Of a stretch of DNA of 64,000 nucleotides, positions 51,756 to 61,791 are shown in pieces. Both the position numbers and the translations under genes were made by a program. The notes beneath the pieces are model-generated. The model saw only the letters and a program-made list of their open reading frames with translations. It had not been told where the DNA came from and ran no database searches. This DNA comes from an uncultured Armatimonadetes bacterium (GTDB lineage: Bacteria; Armatimonadota; Hebobacteria; Hebobacterales; Hebobacteraceae), in assembly GCA_963716175.1 (NCBI GenBank), contig OY970296.1, positions 4,496,931 to 4,560,930 of the forward strand, read 5' to 3'. Each line of letters begins with the position of its first letter. The first letter of the stretch is position 1.

Positions 51756-52380
51756 GCTGCGCCTCTTTCGTGAATCTGAGCCAGATCCCCAGGCCTTCCC
51801 CGGCCTCGGAGGCGGTCGAACCTGTGTCCGAGATGATCTCGAACTGCGGCAGGCCCGCCATCGCAGCCAGTCGGTGAAAGGTGTCTGGGCTCCTCTCCTC
51901 GGTGAAACGCGCCAGGGCGTCCGCGCCCTGCTGGGACGCATCCTCGCGACGACGCCGCATGAACTCCCGCCGCGCCCAGTCCGGATACCCCGAGCCGAGG
52001 CCGCCGCCAATCATCGCGCAACCGCCCGGGCGCAGGACGCGGTGAACCTCACGGATTCCTCTGGCAGGATCGTCCCAGAAGAAGACGGAGCCGCGACTCA
52101 CTACCAGATCCAGGTAGTTGTCGACCAGTGGTAGCTGCTCTGCCCGCGCTACGAGACATACCACTCGCTCCGACACTCCTTGCGCATGTGCGGCCCGCAT
52201 GGCATCTCCGAGCGCATCCGGATTCGGGTCCACGAGGAGGACCCTGCTCTCCGACTGCCGAGCGAGCGCCAAGCCTACTCCGCCGGCCCCGCATCCCAGA
52301 TCCGCGCAGAGTCCGCGTTCGCGCGCAGCAAGCGCCACCGCGTCCTGGGCCACCGTCTCGTAGAAGTCCGGTAGCTTCAT
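51745..52380 (-). CDS. Class I SAM-dependent methyltransferase
   Basis: ADLGCGAGG, DLVVSRGSVFFW, HRVLRPGG. Confidence 0.88.
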   Translation of the reverse strand: MKLPDFYETVAQDAVALAARERGLCADLGCGAGGVGLALARQSESRVLLVDPNPDALGDAMRAAHAQGVSERVVCLVARAEQLPLVDNYLDLVVSRGSVFFWDDPARGIREVHRVLRPGGCAMIGGGLGSGYPDWARREFMRRRREDASQQGADALARFTEERSPDTFHRLAAMAGLPQFEIISDTGSTASEAGEGLGIWLRFTKEAQHGT

Positions 52381-52435
52381 GCCACTCGCGCTCGCGGGCG
52401 GCCCAGAAAGCTCCTGAGCCGCCCGCTCCTGTCCG

Positions 52436-52567
52436 TCACTTCTTCTTGGGGGTTCCGCTGGTCTCACAGGGATGCGTTGCTGTGTCCCCATGACACTCCT
52501 TGATCTGCTCCGGCGAGCAGGTCTTAGGGTCCTTTCCCTTCTCACACTTCCGGCTCGACTTAGACAT
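52436..52567 (-). CDS. 43-aa Cys/His-rich microprotein (below the ORF-track cutoff)
   Basis: AAGGAGG RBS; MSKSSRKCEKGKDPKTCSPEQIKECHGDTATHPCETSGTPKKK. Confidence 0.8.
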   Translation of the reverse strand: MSKSSRKCEKGKDPKTCSPEQIKECHGDTATHPCETSGTPKKK

Positions 52568-52616
52568 CTCTCTGCCTCCTTGTGGGCTCTGAACCTATCA
52601 GTCGCGACTGCTCACT

Positions 52617-52946
52617 CTACCGCTTCCGCCGGCGCCCCGACGTCTTCGCGCGTGGCTCCGCAGCCACCGTCCCGAGCCGTTCCATCCACACGGCAACCTG
52701 CGCTGAGGCTTCACGAATTCTGTCCCGATCCAGCGAGTAGTGAACCCGATAGCCTTGCCTCTCACCATTCACGAATCCCGCTTCGCGCAGGATTCGCAGA
52801 TGCTGCGAGATCGCAGAATGGGTGACGCCGAGCCGATAGGCGAGTGCTCCGACACACAGACCTCCGTCGGCAAGGTGCGTCAGTATCTGTACGCGCGTCG
52901 GGTCGGCCAATGCTTTCAGCAGTCCGACCAGGTAATCTGTTGGCAT
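52617..52946 (-). CDS. ArsR/SmtB-family transcriptional repressor
   Basis: LKALADPTRVQIL, LCVGAL, SAISQHLRILREAG. Confidence 0.92.
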   Translation of the reverse strand: MPTDYLVGLLKALADPTRVQILTHLADGGLCVGALAYRLGVTHSAISQHLRILREAGFVNGERQGYRVHYSLDRDRIREASAQVAVWMERLGTVAAEPRAKTSGRRRKR

Positions 52947-52966
52947 GTCTGTAAGTCCTTGCGAAA

Positions 52967-52995
52967 AGACTAACATAGTGCTGGCTGAATGTCAA
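52967..52995 (-). promoter_or_regulatory. Sigma70 promoter of the ArsR operon
   Basis: TTGACA-N17-TAGTCT with extended TG; the -35 abuts the IS end at 52996. Confidence 0.7.
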
Positions 52996-54388
52996 TGTAG
53001 GTGTCGAAGGACTGTAGGACCGTCCTGGACGTGTTCTGGGCTTGTCGAGGCTGACTTCTTGGCATATCATATGAACTCGGTGCGCGGCGCCTTCGGGCGC
53101 CGCATTCTCTTTGGGAGTCAACGCGGTGGAGGTCTTCGAGGCGTCGGTATCGCTGATGGTGCGGGCCCTGGTGATCAGCGCCCGGTGGACTGGCCGCAGG
53201 CGACGGCTCTGCTTGGAGCAGGCGTGCATGAATGTGCAGGCAGGACGGATCGCGGAACTCGAAGCGTGTGTCGTGGTGCTGGAGGATGCCCTGGCCTTCC
53301 CAGATGCATGCCTGGAGGTGCTGGAGAGGAGGCTTGGGGAGGAGCGACCGCGACGGCCCTATCCCTTGGGGGAGCGGCTGCGTCTCCTGTGGCTGATTGA
53401 CTACTACCAGATCCCGAAGCGGAGGGTTAGGGAGACCTTCGGGGTGGCGCGCTCGAGCATTCACCGCTGGCTCAAGGGCTTTGAGGCAGGCAAGCTCGGG
53501 GGTCGTCAGAAACGCTCTGAGCCCGTCAACAAGACGCCACGAGAGATCGCTCAGCTGATCTGGGACATCTTCCGGCGAAACCCACTGTGGGGCCGTCACC
53601 GCATCGCAATGACGGTGTGGGCGCTTGGCGTATTCGTCTCAGCGACCGCGGTGCGTGACATCCTGCTGCGGCCCAGACCTAAGAGGTCTGCCCCGCAAGC
53701 GGCCTGTGCGAAGCCAGAGCCAAAGCGCAGGGAAATCGTTGCCAGCTACCCCAACCACGTGTGGTCGGTGGACCGGACGCGGGTGTGGCGCTTGGGCGTC
53801 TGGCCCACCTGGGTGCTGGTGGCGATCGACCATTTCTCCCGCGCCGTCACCGCCGCGGTTCCCCTGGAAGGGCCAAACGCAGGATGGATCATGGACGCCC
53901 TGGAGCAGGCCTTCCTGCGCCACGGACAGCCCAAGCACTTGATCACCGACCAAGAAGGGGTCTTCATCTCTGACTTCTTCCGGAACCTCCTCAGCCAGTG
54001 GAAGGTGAGACAGCGCTTCGGTGCCGTGGGCAAGCACGGCTCGATTGCGGTAACTGAGCGGCTGATCCGGACCCTCAAGCGGGAATGGCTGGCGCGGGTG
54101 CCGCTGATCCGTGGTCTGGATCACCTCTCAGAGTTGCTTGCGGCCTTCGCTGTCTACTACAACGAGTACCGCGGTCACCGGCGACTGGGCCGGGCGACGC
54201 CATTGATGCTCTACCGGGGACAGATCTGGCGGCGGCCAAACCGATCAGCCAAGACGCTGCTAGGCTCGGTTCGCACTCGGCACTTCGCCGAGACCAGGAT
54301 CACCGTCTATGAACTCGCCGCCCGACCACGTGGCCGAGGCCAAAGCAGGACGCTCAGACTGCGGTCTCATAGGCACCCGACACCTACA
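52996..54388 (+). mobile_element. IS481-like element (DDE transposase from GTG 53126; expected stop near 54325 reads CGA)
   Basis: IRs TGTAGGTGTCGAAGGACTGTAGGACCG / TGTAGGTGTCGGGTGCCTATGAGACCG; WSVD, ITDQE, ERLIRTLKRE. Confidence 0.9.
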
Positions 54389-54708
54389 GGTGGAGTTGGT
54401 GACCCACCTGAGCCCGGATGAACTGCGGGCCGCGATTGCCCGGTTCGTGGCCTACTACAACTCCGCGCGCTACCACGAGGTTTACCCGCCTCTGGCGAGG
54501 CGCTCCACAACGTCACCCCGGACGATGTCTGGTTCGGCAGGAGGGAAGAGATCCTGGCCCGGCGAAAAGCCTTGCAGATCCGCACCGTGATCGCGCGCCG
54601 GGAACGCTACCGGAGGCTGAGGGGAGGATGCACAGATACAAGAGCGGGAATGCCGGAGGTGTAGCTAACCCAAGACCCCCTTTTGTCCCACTTTCGCTGA
54701 CACTCTAC
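54389..54708 (+). mobile_element. 3' remnant of an IS3/IS481-type transposase with right end
   Basis: [31 protein letters not shown]; ends ...GCTGACACTCTACA; related remnant at 57150..57302. Confidence 0.75.
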
Positions 54709-54730
54709 ACCGGCGGTCTCCGATGCCAGC

Positions 54731-55120
54731 CTAACGGTAGCCACCGATCAGATTGCAGATCAGCACGGTGAGGACGACGAGGGTAATGATGATATAGGTG
54801 CGGTCGCGCTGGAGGGCGAAGGCAGCGACCGAGAAGAGCACGCGAGCGATGGGAGTGGCGATCAGTAGCAGCAGGCCGACCTCGATGATCCCCCGGCTGT
54901 GAGAGGAGAGGGCGAAATCCACGATGCCCGGAAGGGTACGGAGTTGGGGAGGCTGTCCGTGGAAAGACCGGTACTGGGGGAGTTGCCCTCCGTGCTTCGC
55001 AAGGTAGTAGATGCCTCCGGCTAGGACGACCAGCGCGGCGATGCCGACGCCCGCGCTCAGGATGGCGCTGATGATTCGGTCCATCCGTTCATCGGTCAGA
55101 GCGGGCTTCCGGGGGGCCAT
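54731..55120 (-). CDS. DUF1634 membrane protein
   Basis: GLLLLIATPIARV; typical partner of TauE. Confidence 0.88.
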   Translation of the reverse strand: MAPRKPALTDERMDRIISAILSAGVGIAALVVLAGGIYYLAKHGGQLPQYRSFHGQPPQLRTLPGIVDFALSSHSRGIIEVGLLLLIATPIARVLFSVAAFALQRDRTYIIITLVVLTVLICNLIGGYR

Positions 55121-55121
55121 G

Positions 55122-55958
55122 TCAGATCCTCCCGCTCAGACCGTTGAAGATCATCTCCATCCCAAGCGCCAGTATGACGGCCCCGAAGACCCAGCGCAGG
55201 ACGGGCGTTCTCGCCCGGGCAAGGACGCGCGCTCCGGTAACCGAGCCAGCAAGCACGCCGAGCATGGTTGGCATGGAGAGCCCGGGGTCGATATAGCCGC
55301 GGTTGAGGTAGATGCCCGCGCTTGCCGCGGCTGTGACTCCAATCATGAAGTTGCTAGTCGTGGTGGAGACCTTGAAGGGCAGACGCATCGCATGGTCCAT
55401 CGCCAGAACCTTGAGCGCTCCGGAGCCAATGCCAAGCAAGCCTGAGAGCAGTCCCGCGATCCCCATGAGGCCGAAGCCAAGGGGCACGTTTCGGACGTGG
55501 TACTCTCGGAGACCATCGCGCGCGGGGTAGTGGCTGTCCAGCCGCAGGCGTGTGGCGAGCGAGTCCGGGGGGCCATCCGCGCCGTCCTGGGAAGGCCCCT
55601 TCACGGAGGAGTACACTGAGGAGATGAGCACAACCCCGAAAATGATAGCGATGAGATGAGGAGCGACGTGTGCCGCCAGCAGCGCGCCTCCGGTCGCGCC
55701 TAACGTGGTGGCAATCTCCAACAGCATGCCGACGCGGATGTTGCTGAACCCCTCTCGCACGTAGGCCACCGCCGCCCCCGATGAGGTGGCGATTACGGAG
55801 ACGAGCGAGGCGCCGATGGCGTAACGGATGTCCACGCCGAGGCCAAGAGTCAGTAGCGGAACGATCACTACCCCGCCGCCGAGGCCGGTCAGTGAACCCA
55901 GCAGGCCGGCGACGAGCGAGCCGAACCAGATGATAGCAGAGAACTCCCAGATAGGCAC
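55122..55958 (-). CDS. Sulfite exporter TauE/SafE family protein
   Basis: GLGGGVVIVP, SLVSVIATSSG, KVSTTTSNFMIGVTAA. Confidence 0.92.
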   Translation of the reverse strand: MPIWEFSAIIWFGSLVAGLLGSLTGLGGGVVIVPLLTLGLGVDIRYAIGASLVSVIATSSGAAVAYVREGFSNIRVGMLLEIATTLGATGGALLAAHVAPHLIAIIFGVVLISSVYSSVKGPSQDGADGPPDSLATRLRLDSHYPARDGLREYHVRNVPLGFGLMGIAGLLSGLLGIGSGALKVLAMDHAMRLPFKVSTTTSNFMIGVTAAASAGIYLNRGYIDPGLSMPTMLGVLAGSVTGARVLARARTPVLRWVFGAVILALGMEMIFNGLSGRI

Positions 55959-56199
55959 AGATTCCGTCCTGATGACAACTTGAGAGCCGTAACGGACCCA
56001 CATCGCGGTGAAGCCGTCGGAGAACTCGGCTGCGCGTGAGTCCGCGGAAGGAGCTGCGGTAGCGCGTCCACCGTTCTGACGCTCACGGTCTGATTGGCCG
56101 GGCAGAAGCGTGTATCCTGCTGCCATCACCCCGAGAGGCTGGGCTAACCAACGTCTCCACTGGGCGACTCAAGGATGCCGTATCCCGAGAACGAGCAGC

Positions 56200-56643
56200 C
56201 TATGTCACATGAGCCTCGACCATCTGTCGGACGTTCTCGGTTGGAGTCTCAGGTGGCAGCTCGCATCCACCACTCAGTATGAAGCCCCCCGCTCGGCCCA
56301 GCTTCGCGACGAGGGCAGCGGCCGCGTCGCGAACCGATTCCGCCCCTCCGCGGGGGAGAAGCTGACGCACATCGAGGTTACCCATCAACGCAATGTGGTG
56401 CCCAACGACCTCGCGCGCTTGCGCCAGGTCGACTGGAGCGTCCAGGCTCAGAACATCGAATCTGCTGTCGGCAAGGCCGGGGAGGGATGCTCGGCAGTCG
56501 CCGCAGATGTGCAGGAGGCCGATGCCGCCGTGGTGGCGGATGTGCTCCGCGAGGGCCTGCAGCCTGGCCAGTAAGAGAGAGGAGAGATCATCAGGTCCCA
56601 GGATGCCGGAGGTGGCGCATGGTTCGAGCACCATGATTCCATG
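56200..56643 (-). pseudogene. Uroporphyrinogen decarboxylase/MtaA-family C-terminal fragment
   Basis: LHICGD, LMGNLD, FILSGGCELP; 5' part cut at the MITE end. Confidence 0.8.
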
Positions 56644-56862
56644 TGTGAGTGTTAAGCGGCGATGGAACCGCCTGAGCGAGGCCGTGCGGCTCTGGGAACT
56701 CCGGTGGAGAGCGGACGGGCAGAGAAGCGGTGGGCCCGAGATCCCACATATGCCTAGCTGGGCTTAACGTCGGGGTGCCGCCCGCGTGTGGCTAGTTGCT
56801 CAGCTAACCTACGCCGTGCTAGAGACCTCCCAGGCCGGCTTCACGGGCGCTCGACACCCGCA
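56644..56862. mobile_element. 219-bp MITE, copy 2
   Basis: IRs TGTGAGTGTTAAGCGGCGATGGAACCG / TGCGGGTGTCGAGCGCCCGTGAAGCCG; central GATCCCACATATGCCTAGCTGGG. Confidence 0.8.
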
Positions 56863-57012
56863 CTCGGCTGCAGACTGGCCCCCTGTCGCCCCCACGGCGG
56901 CTGAGTCCAGTGCCGTGAGGCCGCAGCGCGCACGAAGTCTGGGGCGCCAGGGGTACCGGACCGCGAGGCGGAGGCGAGCGGGGGTCCTCCCGCCAGATGG
57001 GAGGGAACGCCA

Positions 57013-57302
57013 GGGGTGGGTAGGTTGTCAACGTCGATTACCCCGCCGGGCGGGTCAGTATTCCGCACTGACTGACACCGGGGTCGCCCCTCACTCCGCA
57101 GCGTGAGAAGAACCTTCAGTGTCGGATGGGAGGGACGCCCTACCAGCCCGGCGAAAGGCCTTGCAGATCCGCACCCTAGTCGCCAGGTGGGAGCGCTGCC
57201 AGAAGACGGTGCTGGGGCACTGGAAGACAGAGGCAGGGACACCTAACGGGTGTCTCGGTTCGCCCGCCGATCTGATGTCCCGCGAACGCTGAGGCCGGAC
57301 AC
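57013..57302 (+). mobile_element. IS debris: IS21-like end (to about 57077) and a degenerate IS3-type 3' end
   Basis: GGGTCAGTATTCCGCACTGACTGACA; GCCTTGCAGATCCGCACC shared with 54569. Confidence 0.5.
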
Positions 57303-57325
57303 AAAGGGAGCGGGGCTACGCTATC

Positions 57326-59046
57326 ATGGGCTCGTCGCACATTGAAGAAGAGCATATTGAAGAGGACAGGTTTGGGCGCCCGCCGATGAACTTCATCCGC
57401 CAGGCCGTTATCGAGGATCTACGTTCTGGGCGATTCACCGGCGTCCACACGCGCTTCCCTCCGGAGCCCAACGCCTACTTGCATATCGGACACGCGAAGG
57501 CTGTCTGGATCAACTACAGCATTGCCCAGGACTTCGGCGGCGTCTTCAACCTGAGGTTCGATGACACCAACCCGAGCAAGGAGGAGCAGGAGTTCGTTGA
57601 GGCGATAGTCGACGATGTCCGCTGGCTGGGGGTCGACTGGGAGGACCGCCTGTTCTTCGGCTCCGATTACTTCGAACAACAGTACGAGTGGGCCCTGGAA
57701 CTCGTCAAGCAGGGCAAGGCCTACGTCTGTGACCTCTCGCCCGAGGAACTCATCCCGACGCGCGGCACGCCGACCAAGCCGGGGGTGGAAAGCCCATACC
57801 GCAGCCGCAGCGTGGAGGAGAACCTGGACCTATTCCGGCGGATGCGCGCCGGCGAGTTCTCGGACGGCACGCGTACGCTGCGCGCGAAGATCGACATGGC
57901 CGCGCCTAACTTGCTCCTGCGCGATCCCGTCATGTACCGGATCCGACATGCCGAGCACCACCGCCAGGGCTCCAAGTGGTGCATCTACCCGATGTACGAC
58001 TGGGCACATGGTCTGCAGGATTCGATCGAGGGGATCACCCATTCGCTCTGCTCGCTGGAATACGAGAACCATCGCCCCTTGTACGACTGGTTCCTGAATC
58101 AACTCGGCATTTACCATCCGCGACAGATCGAGTTTGCGCGGTTGAACATGACACACACGGTCATGAGCAAGCGCCGGTTCATCGAGCTGGTCGAGGGCGG
58201 TCATGTCCGAGGGTATGACGATCCGCGGCTGCCCACGCTGGCGGGTCTGCGCCGACGTGGGTACACGCCGGAGTCGATTCGTGAATTCTGCCGGAGGGCC
58301 GGGATTGCGAAGATCGACAACATCGTGGACGTCGCCGTGCTGGAGGACTGCATCCGTGACGATCTGAATCGGCGAGCACCCGCGTGATGGCGGTGCTGAG
58401 GCCGGTGAAGGTCGTCCTGACCAACTACCCCGAGGGCCTGGTGGAAGAACTGGACGTCATCAACAACCCGGAGGATCCAGGCGCCGGAACACGCAAGGTG
58501 CCATTCGGGAGAGAGCTGTACATTGAGCGCGACGACTTCCGCGAGGATCCGCCGCCGAGGTACTACCGCCTGGCCCCGGGCCGGGAGGTTCGACTGCGGA
58601 ACGCGTACTTCGTCAGATGCACGGGGATTGCCAAGAACGCAGATGGCGAGATCACCGAGATTCACTGCACCTACGACCCGGAGACCCGCGGTGGGGACGC
58701 GCCCGATGGTCGAAAAGCGAAGGCGACACTGCACTGGGTGTCGGCAGCACGCGCGGTCCAGGCCGAGGCCCGATTGTACGATCATCTCTTCCTGAAGCCG
58801 AACCCGGACGACGTGGATGACGGGCAAGACTGGATCTCTAACCTGAACCCGAACTCGCTGGAAGCGGTCACCTGCTACATGGAGCCGAGCGTCACCGGCG
58901 CTGAGGTCGGCGCCTGCTACCAGTTTGAGCGGCTGGGCTACTTCTGCGTGGACCGCGACTCCACTCCGGAGCGACTATGCTTCAACCGAACGGCAACTCT
59001 TCGCGACTCCTGGGCCAAGATCGAGAAAGCAATGAAGAAGGACTAG
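57326..59046 (+). CDS. glnS: Glutamine--tRNA ligase (frameshift near 58380)
   Basis: [41 protein letters not shown]; one missing base in a C run. Confidence 0.95.
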
Positions 59047-59078
59047 GCTTTGTCCGCTCTCGGCGCCCCCGCGCGATG

Positions 59079-59107
59079 TTGACTCTTCGTTCGGGGCATG
59101 GTAGTCT
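59079..59107 (+). promoter_or_regulatory. Sigma70 promoter of the tRNA
   Basis: TTGACT-N17-TAGTCT with extended TG, 10 nt before the tRNA. Confidence 0.7.
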
Positions 59108-59117
59108 TCCAGTGGTA

Positions 59118-59193
59118 TGCCGGATAGCTCAGTTGGTAGAGCGACTGACTCTGGATCAGTAGGTCCTAGGTTCGAGCCCTAGTCCGGCAGCCA
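59118..59193 (+). tRNA. tRNA-Gln (CTG)
   Basis: Cloverleaf TGCCGGA/TCCGGCA, GCTC/GAGC, ACTGA-CT-CTG-GA-TCAGT, CTAGG-TTCGAGC-CCTAG, G73, encoded CCA. Confidence 0.97.
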
Positions 59194-59538
59194 GCTCGGG
59201 ACAGACACGGCTCGTAAGGTCCCCAAGCTGGTGTCCTCCCCCAGAAACCCCATCCGGCACTCCTAGGCGGGTTCCTTCCCGGCTGAGTCGGTGCCGTCCT
59301 TCCTCTCATGAGTACTGCTTCGAGCTTCCTGTCTGCTGCTGGATGTGTGCTGAACGCCGTTCGGGAGCTCGTGTGTCGATCGGCATCCAGACCTGACCCG
59401 CCATCGCGTCGGAGGCTGACCCGCCCTGGGTCCGCGGGACTAGCCCATATTGGTCCCTGGCAGCCCGCCATGGCTCTCCGCGTTCCGTGTCCGGTGGGTC
59501 AGTCTCCAGCGCCGATTGCCCCGCTAGGTGGGTCAGTG

Positions 59539-60827
59539 TGCCTGTGTCGAGGGCCCATGGTACCGCTGTGACGAGGGCTGTATCAAGTGCCGATCCCGGA
59601 CGTCGACTCAGGCAGCCAGCTCATAGACGGTGATCCGCTGCTCGCGGAAGTGCCGTAGCCGGATCGGGCTTACCACTCGCCTCGCGGATCGGTCTGGCTT
59701 CTGCCAGTTCCGTCCCTCATACAGCATCGAGGGGGTTGCGCCATGGAGCCGCCGATGGCACCGGCACTGGTTGTAGTACAGCTGGAAGTCTGTGAGCAGT
59801 TCGCCCAGGTGATCCAGGCCCCGGATGAGCACGACTCGCGCGGGCCATTCGTGTTTGAGCGTCCAGATCAGGCGTTCCGTGACCGCGATGGAGCTGTGCT
59901 CGCCTACCGCCCCGACGCGTTGCTTCACATTCCAGTCCCTCAGCAGTTGCGCGAACAGCTCACCCACGAAGACGCCTTCCTGGTCGCTGATCAGGTGCTT
60001 GGGCGGCCCATGGCGCACGAAGGCTTGCTCCAAGGCGTCGATAGCCCAGCCCGCGTTGGGTCCTTCCAGCGGGACGACGGCCACCACTGCGCGGGAGAAG
60101 TGATCGACCGCCACCAGCACCCAGGTGGGCCAGATCCCCCAGCGCATCACGCGCGTGCGGTCTACCGACCACACGTGGTTGGGGTGCCTGGCGACGATCT
60201 CCTTTGGCTTCGCGCACTCCTTCGCTTCAGCTGGTGCCGGTGTCGAGGCCTCAGGTCTTGGGCGGAGCAGGACGTCCCGCACCGTGGTTGCCGAGATGAA
60301 GACGCCCAACGCCCACAGCGTCATCGCGATCCGATGCCGGCCCCACGCGGGATTCTGCCGGAAGATATCCCAGATCAGCTCCGCGATCTTCCGGGTGTCT
60401 TGTTGGCAGGTTCGCCGGCCGACCGGCGACCTCCCTGCTTGCCCTCCTGGAAGGCCTTCAGCCAGCGGTGAACACTTGAGCGAGCCACACCGAAGGTGTC
60501 CTTGACCCTCCTTTTCGGGATCTGGTAATACTCGATGAGCCAGAGGAGGCGCAGCCGCTCCACCAGCGGATAGGGCCGTCGCGGCCTTTCCTCTCCCAGC
60601 CGCTTCTCCAACACCTCCAGGCGCGCATCCCGGAACGCCACTGCATCCCCCAACACCATGATGCGTGCCTCCAGCTTCGCCACGAATCCCGCCTCCGCAC
60701 GGGCGCAGACCCGTTCCAGGCTGAGACGGCGGCTCCGGGCCGCCCACCGGGCGCTCACCACCAGGGCCCGGACCATCAAGGACACCGATGCCTCGTAGAT
60801 CTCCACCGTCCTGACCCCCAAAGAAAG
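59539..60827 (-). mobile_element. IS481-like element (transposase 59608..60806, frameshift near 60395), left end displaced
   Basis: Homolog of the 53126 transposase; right IR TGCCTGTGTCGAGGGCCCATGGTACCG. Confidence 0.88.
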
Positions 60828-60962
60828 GGGAATTATATACTTGACTCCAAGGATAGGCAAGGGGGTGCTTTTGCTTGCAGGGAGGATTAGTTGCTGCCAC
60901 GAACCTGCTGGGGTGGAAGCGAGACGGATGGTTCATTACGTGAATACGAGAGGAGGGCACGT

Positions 60963-61139
60963 ATGGCTGCATATGTTGGCAACAAAGCGACCGACGAGTT
61001 CCACGCAACGGCCAGGGCCGATACAGCCGGATGCAACCAGAAGGAAATCAAGCCGGAGAACAAGGTCTACTTCAGCCCTGACACGCGGGACCAGGCCATT
61101 CGCCAAGGCTACAGCCCGTGCGCTCACTGTAAGCCCTGA
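60963..61139 (+). CDS. Small Ada metal-binding-like protein
   Basis: YVGNK..EFH..C..IKPENKVYF..AIRQGYSPCAHCKP; GGAGGG RBS. Confidence 0.75.
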   Translation: MAAYVGNKATDEFHATARADTAGCNQKEIKPENKVYFSPDTRDQAIRQGYSPCAHCKP

Positions 61140-61146
61140 GTCTCTA

Positions 61147-61548
61147 TCAGCGTTTGAGGGGGGCGATACGGCTGGCAATTCGACATGCTTCCGTTAGGGT
61201 TTCCTTCGATGCTAGCCCCCGAAGCTCCCGATAGTACCGATCAAACCATTCGTCTCGCTCCCCGTCACAGTTGATGAGATGATGCTCATACTTGACGAAT
61301 AGCATGATGCGGCGCAACTTGTCTACCGTCATATTGGGGAAGCCGAGTTTCGCGTGGGCTGCAGCCAAGAAGGCTTCTACCGGCTGGACTTGGCTCATTT
61401 CCTCCTCTCCGTACCATCTGTCGCATAAGGGGCACAGAACCTCGCGGCCACCCGTGGCCGCTCCTCTTCGGTAAGAATCCTTGAGGTATGCAGGCCGGAC
61501 TAGGAAATCACAAAACGGGCAGCGGGTAAATGATTTCATGTTTTGCAT
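61147..61548 (-). CDS. Hypothetical protein with two CxxC pairs
   Basis: CPFC...CPLC; lower GC. Confidence 0.6.
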   Translation of the reverse strand: MQNMKSFTRCPFCDFLVRPAYLKDSYRRGAATGGREVLCPLCDRWYGEEEMSQVQPVEAFLAAAHAKLGFPNMTVDKLRRIMLFVKYEHHLINCDGERDEWFDRYYRELRGLASKETLTEACRIASRIAPLKR

Positions 61549-61791
61549 CCAGCCGTGGGCACCCCGAAGTTACCGGACCAATTCGCTGCAAAATAGGCAA
61601 AGCCGAGCCTCCGGGGTCAGCTTCTGGCGGACAAGGCCTTTGCCCGATCTCCGGAAACTCACCTCAGATGCTCGGCTGTTCCTGCCGAACTCTCTGCCCA
61701 CGACCCCACGGCCGGAGGCTTAGCTTGCCTTCGCCGACATGCTACAACGCTCCCGCGCGGTTGTCAATACCGGCCGGCCCACTGGGGCGAT

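Noticed and set aside
51745-52380. arsM call for the methyltransferase
   Set aside because: Short, and lacks the recognisable conserved ArsM cysteine arrangement
58380-58390. Naturally split glnS or TGA recoding
   Set aside because: The halves are in different frames, and one extra C restores RAPRVMAVL
59165-59193. att duplication of the tRNA 3' end
   Set aside because: No second copy noticed within the window
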